Below are positions 39,501-48,253 of a DNA stretch of 64,000 bases, one piece after another. This DNA comes from a virus. Location of the stretch: positions 2,746 to 66,745 of the IMG/VR virus record IMGVR_UViG_3300010403_000025; one strand, 5' to 3'. The position numbers and the translations under genes are program-made. How positions within the stretch are numbered: the first letter of the stretch is position 1; the number at the start of each line of letters is the position of its first letter. The notes beneath the pieces are model-generated. The model searched no databases and had not been told where the DNA came from. It worked only from the letters and a program-made list of their open reading frames with translations.

Positions 39501-40014
39501 GGTAGGCTCCGGCACTTACGCCTCCGGTATACGGGTTGCTTCTCCTTTTGAAATCGGTAATCTCGCGGAGGGTATGTGGCAAGCGTACAAAACCACAGGC
39601 CGTGCCGACATTCGGGCACGCTTAGTGGCCATGGCGCGATTCGTTCAAGCGCATGGGCTGGATAATCCGGCTCAGTACACAGGCTATCGTTTTGGAGTCA
39701 ATGCCAGCGGCGCCTCCGTCCATTACGGGACGAGCAACCCAGTTTATACGACCGACCTCGTGAACCTGCTGGTCATGGGTTATAAGCTCAGCGGCGATAC
39801 GACATTGCTGGCGCGGGCCAAGACGCATTTCAATCGCGGGACAAAAGGTGAATACGGGACGGGGAACCGTCTCGCCTCCGATACCCAAGTGCACCATTTC
39901 GTTGACACGAAATTTGATACATCCAGCGGCAGTTTCTATCTGGATTACAACAAGGGCGAACTGTATTACACCTATCTCATTTTTGAGAATGGTGGATTGC
40001 CGACAGTGGAATAA
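36511..40014 (+). CDS. Large exported multidomain protein (Kelch-like propeller, Ig, LamG, Ig, helical domain)
   Basis: Signal peptide ...VTAQA|Q; WGGGH.DY.GNE; two DTT.P.V...ASDNVGVVGVQFK Ig units; DGIIDEVRIY; poly-Pro linkers. Confidence 0.85.
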   Translation: MKNIIRLALAFVCLTVTAQAQIPSTTGWYPIPNTHLRDVCPPNGFGGSGYDFTGFCSTVIDAWNGGVMDTTRNRLIIWGGGHTDYYGNELYALNLNTLVLSRITDPGLPLASPSPCQESIVNGTQPNSRHTYGGLTYLPTLDKMFVFGGAMACSIGVFSDGTWLFNFGTNQWEAKNPTGTIPQPQPGIVTAYDPNTGKVFLHDLADLYTYTPSTNTYVRLTNNGNYSIDYNMTAAIDPVRKKFVILGGGQAWVYNIGGSTFTKQPLSTTGGSAIINAGYPGVAYDSTRDRIVAWSGGNAVYELNLDTNTWSSTSFSGGPGTSEHGVLGRWQYSPATGVFVTINDVDLNATTVRLNAGAPPPPDTTPPTVSMTAPANGTTVSGSVPVSANASDNVGVVGVQFKLDGNNLGNEDTSSPYSLSWDTTTASNANHSLTAVARDLAGNPTTATAITVTVSNTAPPPPPPTTARATYPFSEGAGLATADTSGNANNGTLVNGPLWTTGGKYGNAISFDGVNDYVSAPDSSTLDLGATGTIEAWVKFDTLNRWHGIMAKGNANNDAVHNYALEINSSNKPLCIFGNGSSARQVTSGTSITAGAFIHFACTWDGSTIRLYINGVLNTSGSQTFVPGANASLLYIGQYGGNADRLDGIIDEVRIYDRARSATEIQSDMNTALASGGPPPAPDTTAPVVAITFPVGGSTVFNTITISTNASDNVGVVGVQFKVDSTNLGAEDATAPYSVSWDTTQTMNATHSLAAVGRDAAGNTGVSGITVTVNNTAPPPPPPPPMSGTMPSLADEKATYTRWGWTWSTSQEPSYSSAGNYSVSNPDIHGDTEGDDLWSYLNMYRRTNQQGYLQRANAWASYFKSGYRTCAGSSDQTFCYDLNGFGADHMYGWGLMDLYRYNNDTAALAEAQNLGAVVEALYGPSSTYGCYPSGACMWYNVRAVGRHLNLVSRLAGATSSQRWIALRDKILNLVMMSGQWNSQYGFYFWGDWQTDSAVGSGTYASGIRVASPFEIGNLAEGMWQAYKTTGRADIRARLVAMARFVQAHGLDNPAQYTGYRFGVNASGASVHYGTSNPVYTTDLVNLLVMGYKLSGDTTLLARAKTHFNRGTKGEYGTGNRLASDTQVHHFVDTKFDTSSGSFYLDYNKGELYYTYLIFENGGLPTVE

Positions 40015-40056
40015 ACGTTTCGAACGATTGGACCGAACCCCTAAGACGGCCGAGAC

Positions 40057-40392
40057 ATGGTCTATTGTGCGCAAGCCCTGCTGATGTACAACACCGTTAA
40101 CCGGCGCGACACCATTATGGGCAACATTCAGACCCAGGTGGCGAATAAGCCCCGCTATCACGGATTGGCGGCAGACATTAACGGCATTACTTCGAAAAGT
40201 GGGAGTCCTGCGATTTTGATCGAGATTCGATTCTTGAACGCACAGGACATGCTCGACCTGCAAGCCTTCATCGAAACGGGGGCCGTCGGGGCGAATCAAC
40301 CGTTACCGGGAAGCTTCGCCAAAATCCATAATTGCAACCATGACGAGTCGAACATTCAACTGTGTTCGGTATCCACGATAAGGACATGGTGA
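40057..40392 (+). CDS. Hypothetical protein
   Basis: ORF abutting next gene. Confidence 0.5.
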   Translation: MVYCAQALLMYNTVNRRDTIMGNIQTQVANKPRYHGLAADINGITSKSGSPAILIEIRFLNAQDMLDLQAFIETGAVGANQPLPGSFAKIHNCNHDESNIQLCSVSTIRTW

Positions 40393-41139
40393 ATGGGCTG
40401 TTTGTCTTTTGACGAAATTGACGACCGTCTGAAGTTCACCACCGTCACGACGGCTGCCGCCGACATTGGCGATGGCGCATGGACGATCTGCTGGGTAGGC
40501 AAGCGGGCCTCGACCGGGACGAACTTCAACGCCGTCTGTTATGGTCTGTCCGGTTCTGGAAACGGCACCACCGAACTGGGGATGTCGTTCAAGACAGGCA
40601 ATCAACTCGTCATCGATGTCAGCGCCGGTACAGAAACATTCAGCACCTTCACCTCGACGGCATCGCCGTACATGCTGGCGCTGTCGAAGGGGGCGGGAAC
40701 CGTCACGCCTCGGCTCGGCTGGAAGCTCGGCAGCGGCGGGGCCTGGTCGCATGAAAACTTGGACGCCACGTTAGCCGATCAGATCGATCTCACGATGTTT
40801 GAAATCGGGGCGTGGCAGGGCACCGGCGATTTCTTCCATGGATGGATGGCAGTCATCGGTTTGTGGGAAGGGGCGATGTCGGATGCGAATAAAGAAGCGC
40901 TCGATAACAATTGGCGCACGTCCGACTTATATAGCTCCGCCCATGGAACGCCGGTCGCGTTGTTTGAGTTGAATGTGGCGGGCGCTTCCGTCATCGACAT
41001 CCTCGGAAATATTTCAGGGGTATCGGCGACCGGCACCACGCTCGATGCTGCCGAGACGTGTGATTCCTGGAACTTCAACGGCAATGGGGGGCCGCCACCA
41101 CCGGCACCGACCAGCTACATGCTGAACTACCATCGATAA
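40393..41139 (+). CDS. LamG/concanavalin-like accessory tail protein
   Basis: SFDEIDD...WTICW...EIGA...FHGWM pattern. Confidence 0.55.
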   Translation: MGCLSFDEIDDRLKFTTVTTAAADIGDGAWTICWVGKRASTGTNFNAVCYGLSGSGNGTTELGMSFKTGNQLVIDVSAGTETFSTFTSTASPYMLALSKGAGTVTPRLGWKLGSGGAWSHENLDATLADQIDLTMFEIGAWQGTGDFFHGWMAVIGLWEGAMSDANKEALDNNWRTSDLYSSAHGTPVALFELNVAGASVIDILGNISGVSATGTTLDAAETCDSWNFNGNGGPPPPAPTSYMLNYHR

Positions 41140-41844
41140 ATGCTCATCAACTATTTTGGGAGCGCCTCAAATCCCGCAGATAACGGCACGGGCGGAGAAC
41201 CCGTCACCCTAGCCGTTACACCGCCGGCCAGCATGAAGGCGGGCGCCCTTGTCGTTATGATTGGTGGACATCGGCTCGCGGCCGATACGATCACGCTCTC
41301 TGCAACAGGTGGTCAGACGTGGAACGATACCTTGAATCTCAATGGTACGGGTGTTTCGACGCATCTGTGGTGGTGTGTCTATAACGGTGTCTGGGCGGCG
41401 GATCCATCGCTCGCGTTTGCTGCTGAAAGCGGCACGATACCCGTCAGCGCAATCATGCACGTCTTCGACTCCGATCTTCCCGTGCGCTGGTCGCTCGATA
41501 CGGCGATTGCGGGTGGAGCGGAGGCCTCAGCATCGCCCGTCGTGATCACGGGGATCACGCCGATTGCACGCGACACGGTCACGCTGGCTTGCTGGCTTGT
41601 TCCGAATATCAGCACATGGGGAACGCTGAGCGGTGCAGGCTGGGTCGTTACGGGAACGGCTCAATATCGAAACTCGATCGGCAGCGACATTTCTTTCGCC
41701 TTCGCCCACAACATTCAGGGTGTGCCTGCCGCGACGGGCGATGTCTCGCTGATACCGTCCATCGCGGCAGCTGGCGGATCCTTCACGATTTGCTGGTGTG
41801 CGAATCCTGTGGATACGGGTTATCAAGTCAATCATCGACGCTAA
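41140..41844 (+). CDS. Beta-rich accessory tail protein
   Basis: TLAVTPPASMKAG.LVV pattern; C-terminus (YQVNHRR) resembles that of the preceding gene (YMLNYHR). Confidence 0.55.
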   Translation: MLINYFGSASNPADNGTGGEPVTLAVTPPASMKAGALVVMIGGHRLAADTITLSATGGQTWNDTLNLNGTGVSTHLWWCVYNGVWAADPSLAFAAESGTIPVSAIMHVFDSDLPVRWSLDTAIAGGAEASASPVVITGITPIARDTVTLACWLVPNISTWGTLSGAGWVVTGTAQYRNSIGSDISFAFAHNIQGVPAATGDVSLIPSIAAAGGSFTICWCANPVDTGYQVNHRR

Positions 41845-41861
41845 TCATTTAGGAGCACGGC

Positions 41862-42650
41862 ATGAGTCTGCACAAAATCACAAAACAGACACCGGACGGC
41901 ATTGTCACTGCAGCCGAATGGAGTAATGAAGATCTGCGACCGACGACATTACGCCGGCTGCGCACGGTCTTTGACAAGCTAAAGGCGGAAGGTTTCAACG
42001 CAGTGAACGTGCCCGCGCGAACGCTCATGCAGGCGTTCGATCCCAGCGTTGATATTTTGATGCTGCCGGACTTCAAGGGCGGCGGCTTGCAGACGTTTCA
42101 GGAAACACTCGTCGCTCAGTCGGTTGCGGGCTCATCCTTCGCCACGTACACAACGGCGAAGACCGTCATCCCGGCAACGAACTTAATCACCCTTCCGGCC
42201 AATTGGTGGTACATCGGACGGTCGATGAAGATCGATGTGTGCGGCGCGATTTCCAATATCGTGACAACTCCCGGCTTGATGAACTTTCAGGTCAAGATCG
42301 GTAGCGTGGCCGCGTTCGATACGGGCAACATCCAACTCAACGCGACAGCGCATACCTTGTTGCCGTTCTGGCTGGAAATCTTACTGACCTGCCGTGCTGT
42401 GGGTGTCACGACTTCGGCGAACCTGATGGGATTGTCGAAAGCGAACGGCAAAATGTTTACTGTCACCGCTGCGCAGACGGACGGCGCAAATACGAATACG
42501 ATGATCATGGCACCAGCAACGGCACCCGTTGTCGGTACAGGGTTTGACAGCACCATCGCCAACATTCTCGACTTATGGGTGGGTTTCACAATCTCCGACG
42601 CGGCTAATCTCATCCGTATTGATCAAATGATCGTGTCAGCGCTTAATTAA
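41862..42650 (+). CDS. Putative virion structural protein
   Basis: AGGAG SD; beta-rich C-terminal domain (TLPANWW.IG...GFDST). Confidence 0.5.
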   Translation: MSLHKITKQTPDGIVTAAEWSNEDLRPTTLRRLRTVFDKLKAEGFNAVNVPARTLMQAFDPSVDILMLPDFKGGGLQTFQETLVAQSVAGSSFATYTTAKTVIPATNLITLPANWWYIGRSMKIDVCGAISNIVTTPGLMNFQVKIGSVAAFDTGNIQLNATAHTLLPFWLEILLTCRAVGVTTSANLMGLSKANGKMFTVTAAQTDGANTNTMIMAPATAPVVGTGFDSTIANILDLWVGFTISDAANLIRIDQMIVSALN

Positions 42651-42673
42651 CTTCAGTTGATTCATAGACGTAA

Positions 42674-44395
42674 ATGCCATTCGGTGGTTTCGGCAATCAT
42701 CCCGGTATTGGGACGCTCAACTTCAGCGTTACTGCTCCGCCGGATACGTTCGCACGGCCTCGGGTTGAAGAAGCCACCGTTGCGGCGGGCGGGGTCAATG
42801 CAACCGTCAATGCTGTCGGCGCAGAGATCCTCGTTGAAGTCGGCTCCGCTTCCGTTACCGCAGCCGCCAATGTTACGGCCGTCGGCGCTGAGATTCTCGT
42901 TGAGCAGGGAAGCGTCACTGTATCGCTCGCTGCTTCCGCAACTGTCAATGCAACCGGAAACTTCGCTACATTCGAGCAAGGCACCGCGACCGTTACTGCC
43001 GACGCCAATGTTAATGCAAGCGGTGCGCAAGTCCTCGTTGAACAAGGCACCCCAACTGTCACTGCCAATGCCACCGTCAATGTTTCTGGTTCTGAAATTC
43101 TCACCGAGAAAGGGACCGTCGCTCTCGATATCGGTCAAACGGTCACGGCGAGTGGTTCAGAGATCCTCGTTCAGCAAGGATCCGTTACCGAAAGCGGCGA
43201 TGCGAACGTCACTGTTACGGGTCAACAAATCCTCGTTGAGCAAGGGACAGCTCAAGCGGGCAGCCTCGTATCCATCAATGCTATCGGTCAAGAAGTCCTC
43301 GTTGAACAAGGCGCTGCAACGGAGACCGGCGATGCGAATGCCACCGCGGTCGGTCAGGCAATTACCGCCGAGCAAGGCACCGTTACCCTTACGGCAGATG
43401 CCAATGTCACCGTTTCAGGCGCTCAGATCCTTGTCGAGCAAGGCGCGGCCACTGTTACTGCTGGCGCAGGCGTATCGGCGGTCGGAGCGCAGATCAATGC
43501 GGAGCAAGGCGTTGTTACCGAGAGTGGCGATGCCAATGTTACCGCGGTTGGCGCACAAGTTCTCGTCGAACAAGGAACGGCGCAGGCTGGAAGTCTTGCG
43601 TCCATCAATGCAACGGGCCAGGAAGTCCTTGTTGAATCTGGCACTACAACTCAGTCGGGTGCAGCGAATGTCACGGCTGTTGGTAACGAAGTCCTCGTCC
43701 AATCTGGAACAGCCACCGTCACCGTCGATCAGAGCGTTGCCGTTACAGGCGCCGCAATCACGGCGGAAATCGGCACGGTTACCGAAAGCGGCACCGATCA
43801 GACTTCTGCTGTTGGCCAGGAAGTCCTCGTTGAATTCGGTACTATCTCGGTTACCGCGGGTGGCAGCGTCAGTGTTGGCGCAATTGGCAATGAAGTCCTC
43901 GTCCAGGCTGGGACGGTATCCGTTCAAGCCGATGCGACGGTCAATGTTACTGGACTCGAAATCGCGGTTCAGATCGGGACGAGCACGCAAAGCGGGACAG
44001 CCGTTGTCTCGCTCTCAGGAAATGAGATATCGGCTGAACTTGGCGTCGTCTCCGTCTCGGGTGCTGCCAATGTCACCGTCAGCGGCTCGCAGGTTTTGGT
44101 TCAGGTCGGGACCGTTACCGTTGATCTCGGTGCCACGGTTCAGATTACCGGGATTGCGATCAATGTCGAGACGGGTACGGTTCTTGTTAGCGGAACCGCA
44201 ATCGTCACGCTTTCCGGGAATTCCATCACCGCGGAATTTGGCTCTACCGGAATCCAGATCCAGACCGGTTTCACCTACCAACTGGTCATCTCCGATGCGG
44301 CCGTTACCAATGTGACGCTGTCGGATGAATCAGTGACGCGGTTAGAAATCAGCGATGAAGCCGTAACACGAGTTCTCGTTAGCGAGCTGGTCTGA
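42674..44395 (+). CDS. Fibre-like protein built of ~22-aa repeats
   Basis: More than 20 copies of roughly A.ANVT..G..ILVEQGT.TV; acidic, V/T/G/A-rich. Confidence 0.8.
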   Translation: MPFGGFGNHPGIGTLNFSVTAPPDTFARPRVEEATVAAGGVNATVNAVGAEILVEVGSASVTAAANVTAVGAEILVEQGSVTVSLAASATVNATGNFATFEQGTATVTADANVNASGAQVLVEQGTPTVTANATVNVSGSEILTEKGTVALDIGQTVTASGSEILVQQGSVTESGDANVTVTGQQILVEQGTAQAGSLVSINAIGQEVLVEQGAATETGDANATAVGQAITAEQGTVTLTADANVTVSGAQILVEQGAATVTAGAGVSAVGAQINAEQGVVTESGDANVTAVGAQVLVEQGTAQAGSLASINATGQEVLVESGTTTQSGAANVTAVGNEVLVQSGTATVTVDQSVAVTGAAITAEIGTVTESGTDQTSAVGQEVLVEFGTISVTAGGSVSVGAIGNEVLVQAGTVSVQADATVNVTGLEIAVQIGTSTQSGTAVVSLSGNEISAELGVVSVSGAANVTVSGSQVLVQVGTVTVDLGATVQITGIAINVETGTVLVSGTAIVTLSGNSITAEFGSTGIQIQTGFTYQLVISDAAVTNVTLSDESVTRLEISDEAVTRVLVSELV

Positions 44396-44592
44396 TGCTC
44401 ATCAATACACTGCTCGGAGAATTGGACGATTCATTGCTCGAGAAAGAAGTCCAGCGTAGCAAAGTCGATTGTGGCCACGCGGTGGTCACCCGGTATTTCT
44501 ATAAAGGTGAACTGGTGCGTCAGGACACCATTATCGAAGTCGAAAAAGTTCCCGCCATCGGCTCGAAGGGCGGACTCTTCACGAAAGGATAA
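44395..44592 (+). CDS. Small hypothetical protein
   Basis: TGATG-coupled; LDDSLLEK...Y..KGELVR.D. Confidence 0.6.
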   Translation: MLINTLLGELDDSLLEKEVQRSKVDCGHAVVTRYFYKGELVRQDTIIEVEKVPAIGSKGGLFTKG

Positions 44593-44595
44593 ACC

Positions 44596-45111
44596 ATGAA
44601 TCACGTTCTTGCCTTACCGTCTGCCCTCGCGCCGCGCGAATCCTTCTGGGATAAGATCCGGCGGCATTGGGCGATTACTGCGGCCGTCTGCGAAAGTTTC
44701 AAAAAAGAACTCCTTCAAGCCCTGCACGATTTCACGATAACGACGGGGCACGTCTTCAAGATCGCGCTCTATACCTCATCCGCCACACTGAATGCCTCGA
44801 CAACGAATTACAGTACAACCAATGAAGTGGTGGGCGCGGGCTATAGCGCGGGCGGTACGGTCATTACGTCATCCACCCCGGTGTTGAGTACGGGTGGCGT
44901 GGGAGCGGTCGCCCTCTGCGACTTCACGGATGCAGTGTGGACGACAGCCACCATTACAGCCAGAGGCGCGCTGATCTACAACGATACCTCGGCGAATGAT
45001 AAGGGTGTGCAGGTGCTCGATTTCTCGACCGATCAAACGTCAACAGCGGGAACCTTCACGATCGTCTTCCCGGCACCGGCCAAGACGACAGCGATTCTGA
45101 GACTCAACTAG
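44596..45111 (+). CDS. Putative virion structural protein
   Basis: AITAAVCESFKKELL...FKIALYTSSATL.ASTT.YS..NEV...ITARGALIYN; family commonly found beside fibre genes. Confidence 0.7.
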   Translation: MNHVLALPSALAPRESFWDKIRRHWAITAAVCESFKKELLQALHDFTITTGHVFKIALYTSSATLNASTTNYSTTNEVVGAGYSAGGTVITSSTPVLSTGGVGAVALCDFTDAVWTTATITARGALIYNDTSANDKGVQVLDFSTDQTSTAGTFTIVFPAPAKTTAILRLN

Positions 45112-45112
45112 A

Positions 45113-45889
45113 ATGCACGTCCGCTTTCGTGGCGACCGCTTGAGTGTGATCGAGAATGGATGGCTGGATCGGGCCTCGATGATCCTCTGCTATTTCATTC
45201 TCGGTCCACTGTTCGGTGTGCGCCAACAAATTGAACCGGATATCAAGCCGAATAAGCGACTGGCCTTTATTCTGGTTCTCAATCTGGCGTTCCTGTTTTG
45301 GGCCGCGCCGATGCTGTTGCGGCTCGGGTTGGCGTGGACTCTCGTGACGCCGGCGGTGCTGTACGTGTGCTACTCGATGCCGGAAGTCGTGTACGAGCAT
45401 CGGAACTATGTCGCGTTGTTAGGCATTGCTACTCTCGCGGCATGGTCGGCGGAACGCGCGCCGCTTCTGGTTGCGGGACTCGCGGCTCTTTATGTCGGAC
45501 GGACGATTCTGCGGAATCGACGGCTGAGCACAGCCTTTGGTTACTGGAAGTTGGCCTACGAAGAAAGTCCGCATCATTGGCGCGTGCGGTTCAACTACGC
45601 GCAACAGCTTCAAATCAACGGTAAAGAACTGGATGCCTTACCGTTACTGCATAGCCTGTTCGATGCACCTCGGCCTTGCGGCGAAACGGCGGCGCAGCAC
45701 GCGAGCGTAATTTATCTGAAGCACCAACGTCTTGAGGATGCCGAGAAACTTCTTGGGTCGCGCGGTGAAGCTATCTTGAAATTCCCGAATAACCGTGTCC
45801 TGCGAATCTTGCGGTCGGATATGTTGCGCAGCCAGGGAAAAGCGGAACAGGCCGACTTGGCGTTACAAGCCGCGAAGGCGTTAGCATGA
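45113..45889 (+). CDS. TMTC-like GT-C glycosyltransferase, C-terminal part with TPR
   Basis: Several TM helices, VYEHRNY..LLG, RN..L.....W.....SP...R...NY, then TPR-like helices. Confidence 0.7.
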   Translation: MHVRFRGDRLSVIENGWLDRASMILCYFILGPLFGVRQQIEPDIKPNKRLAFILVLNLAFLFWAAPMLLRLGLAWTLVTPAVLYVCYSMPEVVYEHRNYVALLGIATLAAWSAERAPLLVAGLAALYVGRTILRNRRLSTAFGYWKLAYEESPHHWRVRFNYAQQLQINGKELDALPLLHSLFDAPRPCGETAAQHASVIYLKHQRLEDAEKLLGSRGEAILKFPNNRVLRILRSDMLRSQGKAEQADLALQAAKALA

Positions 45890-46176
45890 ACAACTACGAT
45901 AAAGGCGACGTCGTCCGATGTTACGGACACTTCACCAATAACCTGGACGCGGATATTGATCCGACCAGCGTCTTCTTTTCGGTCATCGATCCCACCCAAG
46001 CGCAGACCAATTATCAATACGGCGTGGGTATCCAGATCATCAAAGATTCGGTGGGTCACTATCACGCCGACGTTGATGCAGACCTCGAAGGCTACTATCG
46101 TTATAGGTGGTACTCGACGGGAACCGGCAAGGCTGCCGATGATGCGTGGTTTGTCGTGGATCCCACACCCTTCTAA
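45886..46176 (+). CDS. Small Ig-like phage protein
   Basis: YDKGD.V....F.....DPT......DP...KDSVGHY.AD....G.Y.YRW.STG. Confidence 0.65.
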   Translation: MNNYDKGDVVRCYGHFTNNLDADIDPTSVFFSVIDPTQAQTNYQYGVGIQIIKDSVGHYHADVDADLEGYYRYRWYSTGTGKAADDAWFVVDPTPF

Positions 46177-46307
46177 TGGACCTCATTCTCTTGATTACTA
46201 TCGGCCTTGCGTGTCTCGTCGCGTACTGGCCGAGCCTCACTGCTGAACTGACTTTCGACGATCATTCCGTCATGGACGCCCTGGATGATCATTTGAGGCC
46301 GCTATGA
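46176..46307 (+). CDS. TMTC-like GT-C, N-terminal fragment with DD motif (not in ORF track)
   Basis: MDLILLITIGLACLVAYWPSLTAELTFDDHSVMDALDDHLRPL; TAATG and ATGA coupled on both sides. Confidence 0.65.
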   Translation: MDLILLITIGLACLVAYWPSLTAELTFDDHSVMDALDDHLRPL

Positions 46308-46852
46308 GTTTGGCTCAACTCTGCAATCGTCTCAGCGCGTTTCGGCATCATGTGCTGGGCCGAACGTATTTCTATGGTGCCCTTCAGTCGCATCGGGCAC
46401 CGCACATGAAAAGGCTGGCTCGTGCCGAGTTTTACCGTCTGGGCCGGCGGCTGAATATTCTCGAGGTTGGTTCATTTCGGGGAGAATCCGCCGCGCTGTG
46501 GGGGGAGTTTGGTCACGTAACCTGCGTGGATCTATGGCCGGACGGAACTGGTATTTTCGCGCGCAACATGAAACTGCTCGGCGTGGACTATACGAGTTAT
46601 CGCGGAGACAGTGCCAAGCTGTTGAAGCAGTTCATTGAAGCGGGCCACTTGTACGATATCGTCTACATTGATGGCGCTCACGATTATCACGGCTGCCGAT
46701 CGGATTTGGAACTCGGCCGTCAATTGGTTAAACCGGGCGGCATCCTGTGCGGCGACGATTTCGACGAGGAGCATCCGGGAGTCATCAACGCGGTTGGGGA
46801 TATTTTGGGAAACGTTCAGGACCGTGAAGGCTTTTACTGGATGAATCCATGA
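46304..46852 (+). CDS. Class I SAM-dependent methyltransferase (Methyltransf_24-like)
   Basis: LEVGSFRGES, YDIVYIDGAHDY, LVKPGGILCGDD, PGV..AV. Confidence 0.9.
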   Translation: MSLAQLCNRLSAFRHHVLGRTYFYGALQSHRAPHMKRLARAEFYRLGRRLNILEVGSFRGESAALWGEFGHVTCVDLWPDGTGIFARNMKLLGVDYTSYRGDSAKLLKQFIEAGHLYDIVYIDGAHDYHGCRSDLELGRQLVKPGGILCGDDFDEEHPGVINAVGDILGNVQDREGFYWMNP

Positions 46853-47298
46853 GGCTCTATCGTGCGATCGATTGGCTATTGCGCCGGCACCGCCACTTGG
46901 TTTACGCGACCTACCATCGCGATCTAAGAATCCACGGCAAGCAGGATCTCAAGAAGAACAAGCATATGGAAGGCTGGCACGCGACGAATATCGCGCTGCA
47001 CATCCTAGCCGCCAGTCTGGTCTACGCGATCCTGCGTGGCTTCTTTGCGCCATTGTCGGCCAGTCTCGGCGCTTTAGTCTTCGCCGTTCATCCGATGGGT
47101 ACCTCATCCGTGAGCACCCTTTCCGGCCGCTCGTCGCTACTCTGCGGGGTCCTGTATCTCGCCGGGATTCTCGGTGCACTGATCGGTGGATGGTGGTGGG
47201 TGGTGGTTCCGGTCTGCTTCGCTTTGGGCTGGGTCTCGAAGCAGGAAATCATCATGCTGCCTGTAGTGATCGTGTTGACGTTGTGGATCATCCGGTGA
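46849..47298 (+). CDS. TMTC-like GT-C, central membrane fragment
   Basis: GWHATNIALH...LVFAVHP....V..LSGRS.LL...SKQE...LP. Confidence 0.75.
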   Translation: MRLYRAIDWLLRRHRHLVYATYHRDLRIHGKQDLKKNKHMEGWHATNIALHILAASLVYAILRGFFAPLSASLGALVFAVHPMGTSSVSTLSGRSSLLCGVLYLAGILGALIGGWWWVVVPVCFALGWVSKQEIIMLPVVIVLTLWIIR

Positions 47299-47693
47299 AG
47301 CATCTCGTCCTGTCGCTGATCCATTGGTCTCAACAGCACCGCCTCTTCGATACGTTTCTTTGGTACGACATTTTTGTCGGAACGGGCCGAACGTTTCTTT
47401 CCGGTGTGGGAATTGGTATCGGCGTGAGTGCGACGTTTGCTGCATCCAGTCTGATGATTAGTCTTCAAGAGCGCGCGACCTTCCCGATGATAATGGCTGA
47501 GATTGAGAGTTACCGGGCACTACCGGAATCCGTCAAGTGTTCGCCGCAGATCAGCAACACCATTGCCAATCTCAACGCACGGGTGGCGCATGAGAAAGAA
47601 TCGAATCGGCATGGATTTTCTGATTTGTTCTCCACGGATCGTTGGAACAACGTTCAGCCTATTACTGTGACCTGTGCGTCTCAAGATCCGTGA
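47295..47693 (+). CDS. Membrane protein
   Basis: GTGA-coupled; one TM segment. Confidence 0.5.
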   Translation: MKHLVLSLIHWSQQHRLFDTFLWYDIFVGTGRTFLSGVGIGIGVSATFAASSLMISLQERATFPMIMAEIESYRALPESVKCSPQISNTIANLNARVAHEKESNRHGFSDLFSTDRWNNVQPITVTCASQDP

Positions 47694-48238
47694 TGACGGG
47701 CGGCGACAAGATTTCACTTAAAGAATACTTTGAGGTGCTGCTCAAAGAACGAGATTTGTACTACATCGAAAAGATAAAACATCTGGAAGCGCTAATGAGT
47801 GGCATCGATGTAAAACATACGGCAGCCGTCCAAGCCGTCAAAGAATTGCAGGCGAGCATTTATACCGCTTCGGAGAAAGCCATCCTGAAAGCGGAAGAGC
47901 AACAGAAAGAACTGAATATCAAAAATAATGAATTCAGGGCGCAGCTCAAAGACCAAGCCGAAGTCCTCATGCCTCGGAATGAGTCTCAAACCTTGCATAA
48001 AAATTCCGACGAAAAAATATCGGGGTTAAAAAAAGATTTCGACGCGCAGCTGGAACTCATCCGCAGACATTTTGACGAGAAAACAGAATTCAATCGTAAA
48101 AGCATTCAAGAGCTGAGGGAAGCAAAGTCCATGGGCGAAGGCAAATCGACTGGAGTCCGCGATTTTCGAGACTTTGCCGGATGGGGCGTTGCTATCCTCT
48201 TGGGACTGTTAGCCCTCGCTCAATATCTCCGACCTTAA
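47690..48238 (+). CDS. Coiled-coil protein with C-terminal TM helix (lysis region)
   Basis: SEKAILKAE...NEFRAQLKDQ...MPR.E; C-terminal hydrophobic helix. Confidence 0.65.
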   Translation: MMTGGDKISLKEYFEVLLKERDLYYIEKIKHLEALMSGIDVKHTAAVQAVKELQASIYTASEKAILKAEEQQKELNIKNNEFRAQLKDQAEVLMPRNESQTLHKNSDEKISGLKKDFDAQLELIRRHFDEKTEFNRKSIQELREAKSMGEGKSTGVRDFRDFAGWGVAILLGLLALAQYLRP

Positions 48239-48253
48239 AAGGACAAATCCAAA

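Noticed and set aside
42657-44315. 552-aa alternative-frame ORF over the repeat fibre gene
   Set aside because: S/L/P/R-rich shadow produced by the repetitive codons of the real gene; no SD or domain features.
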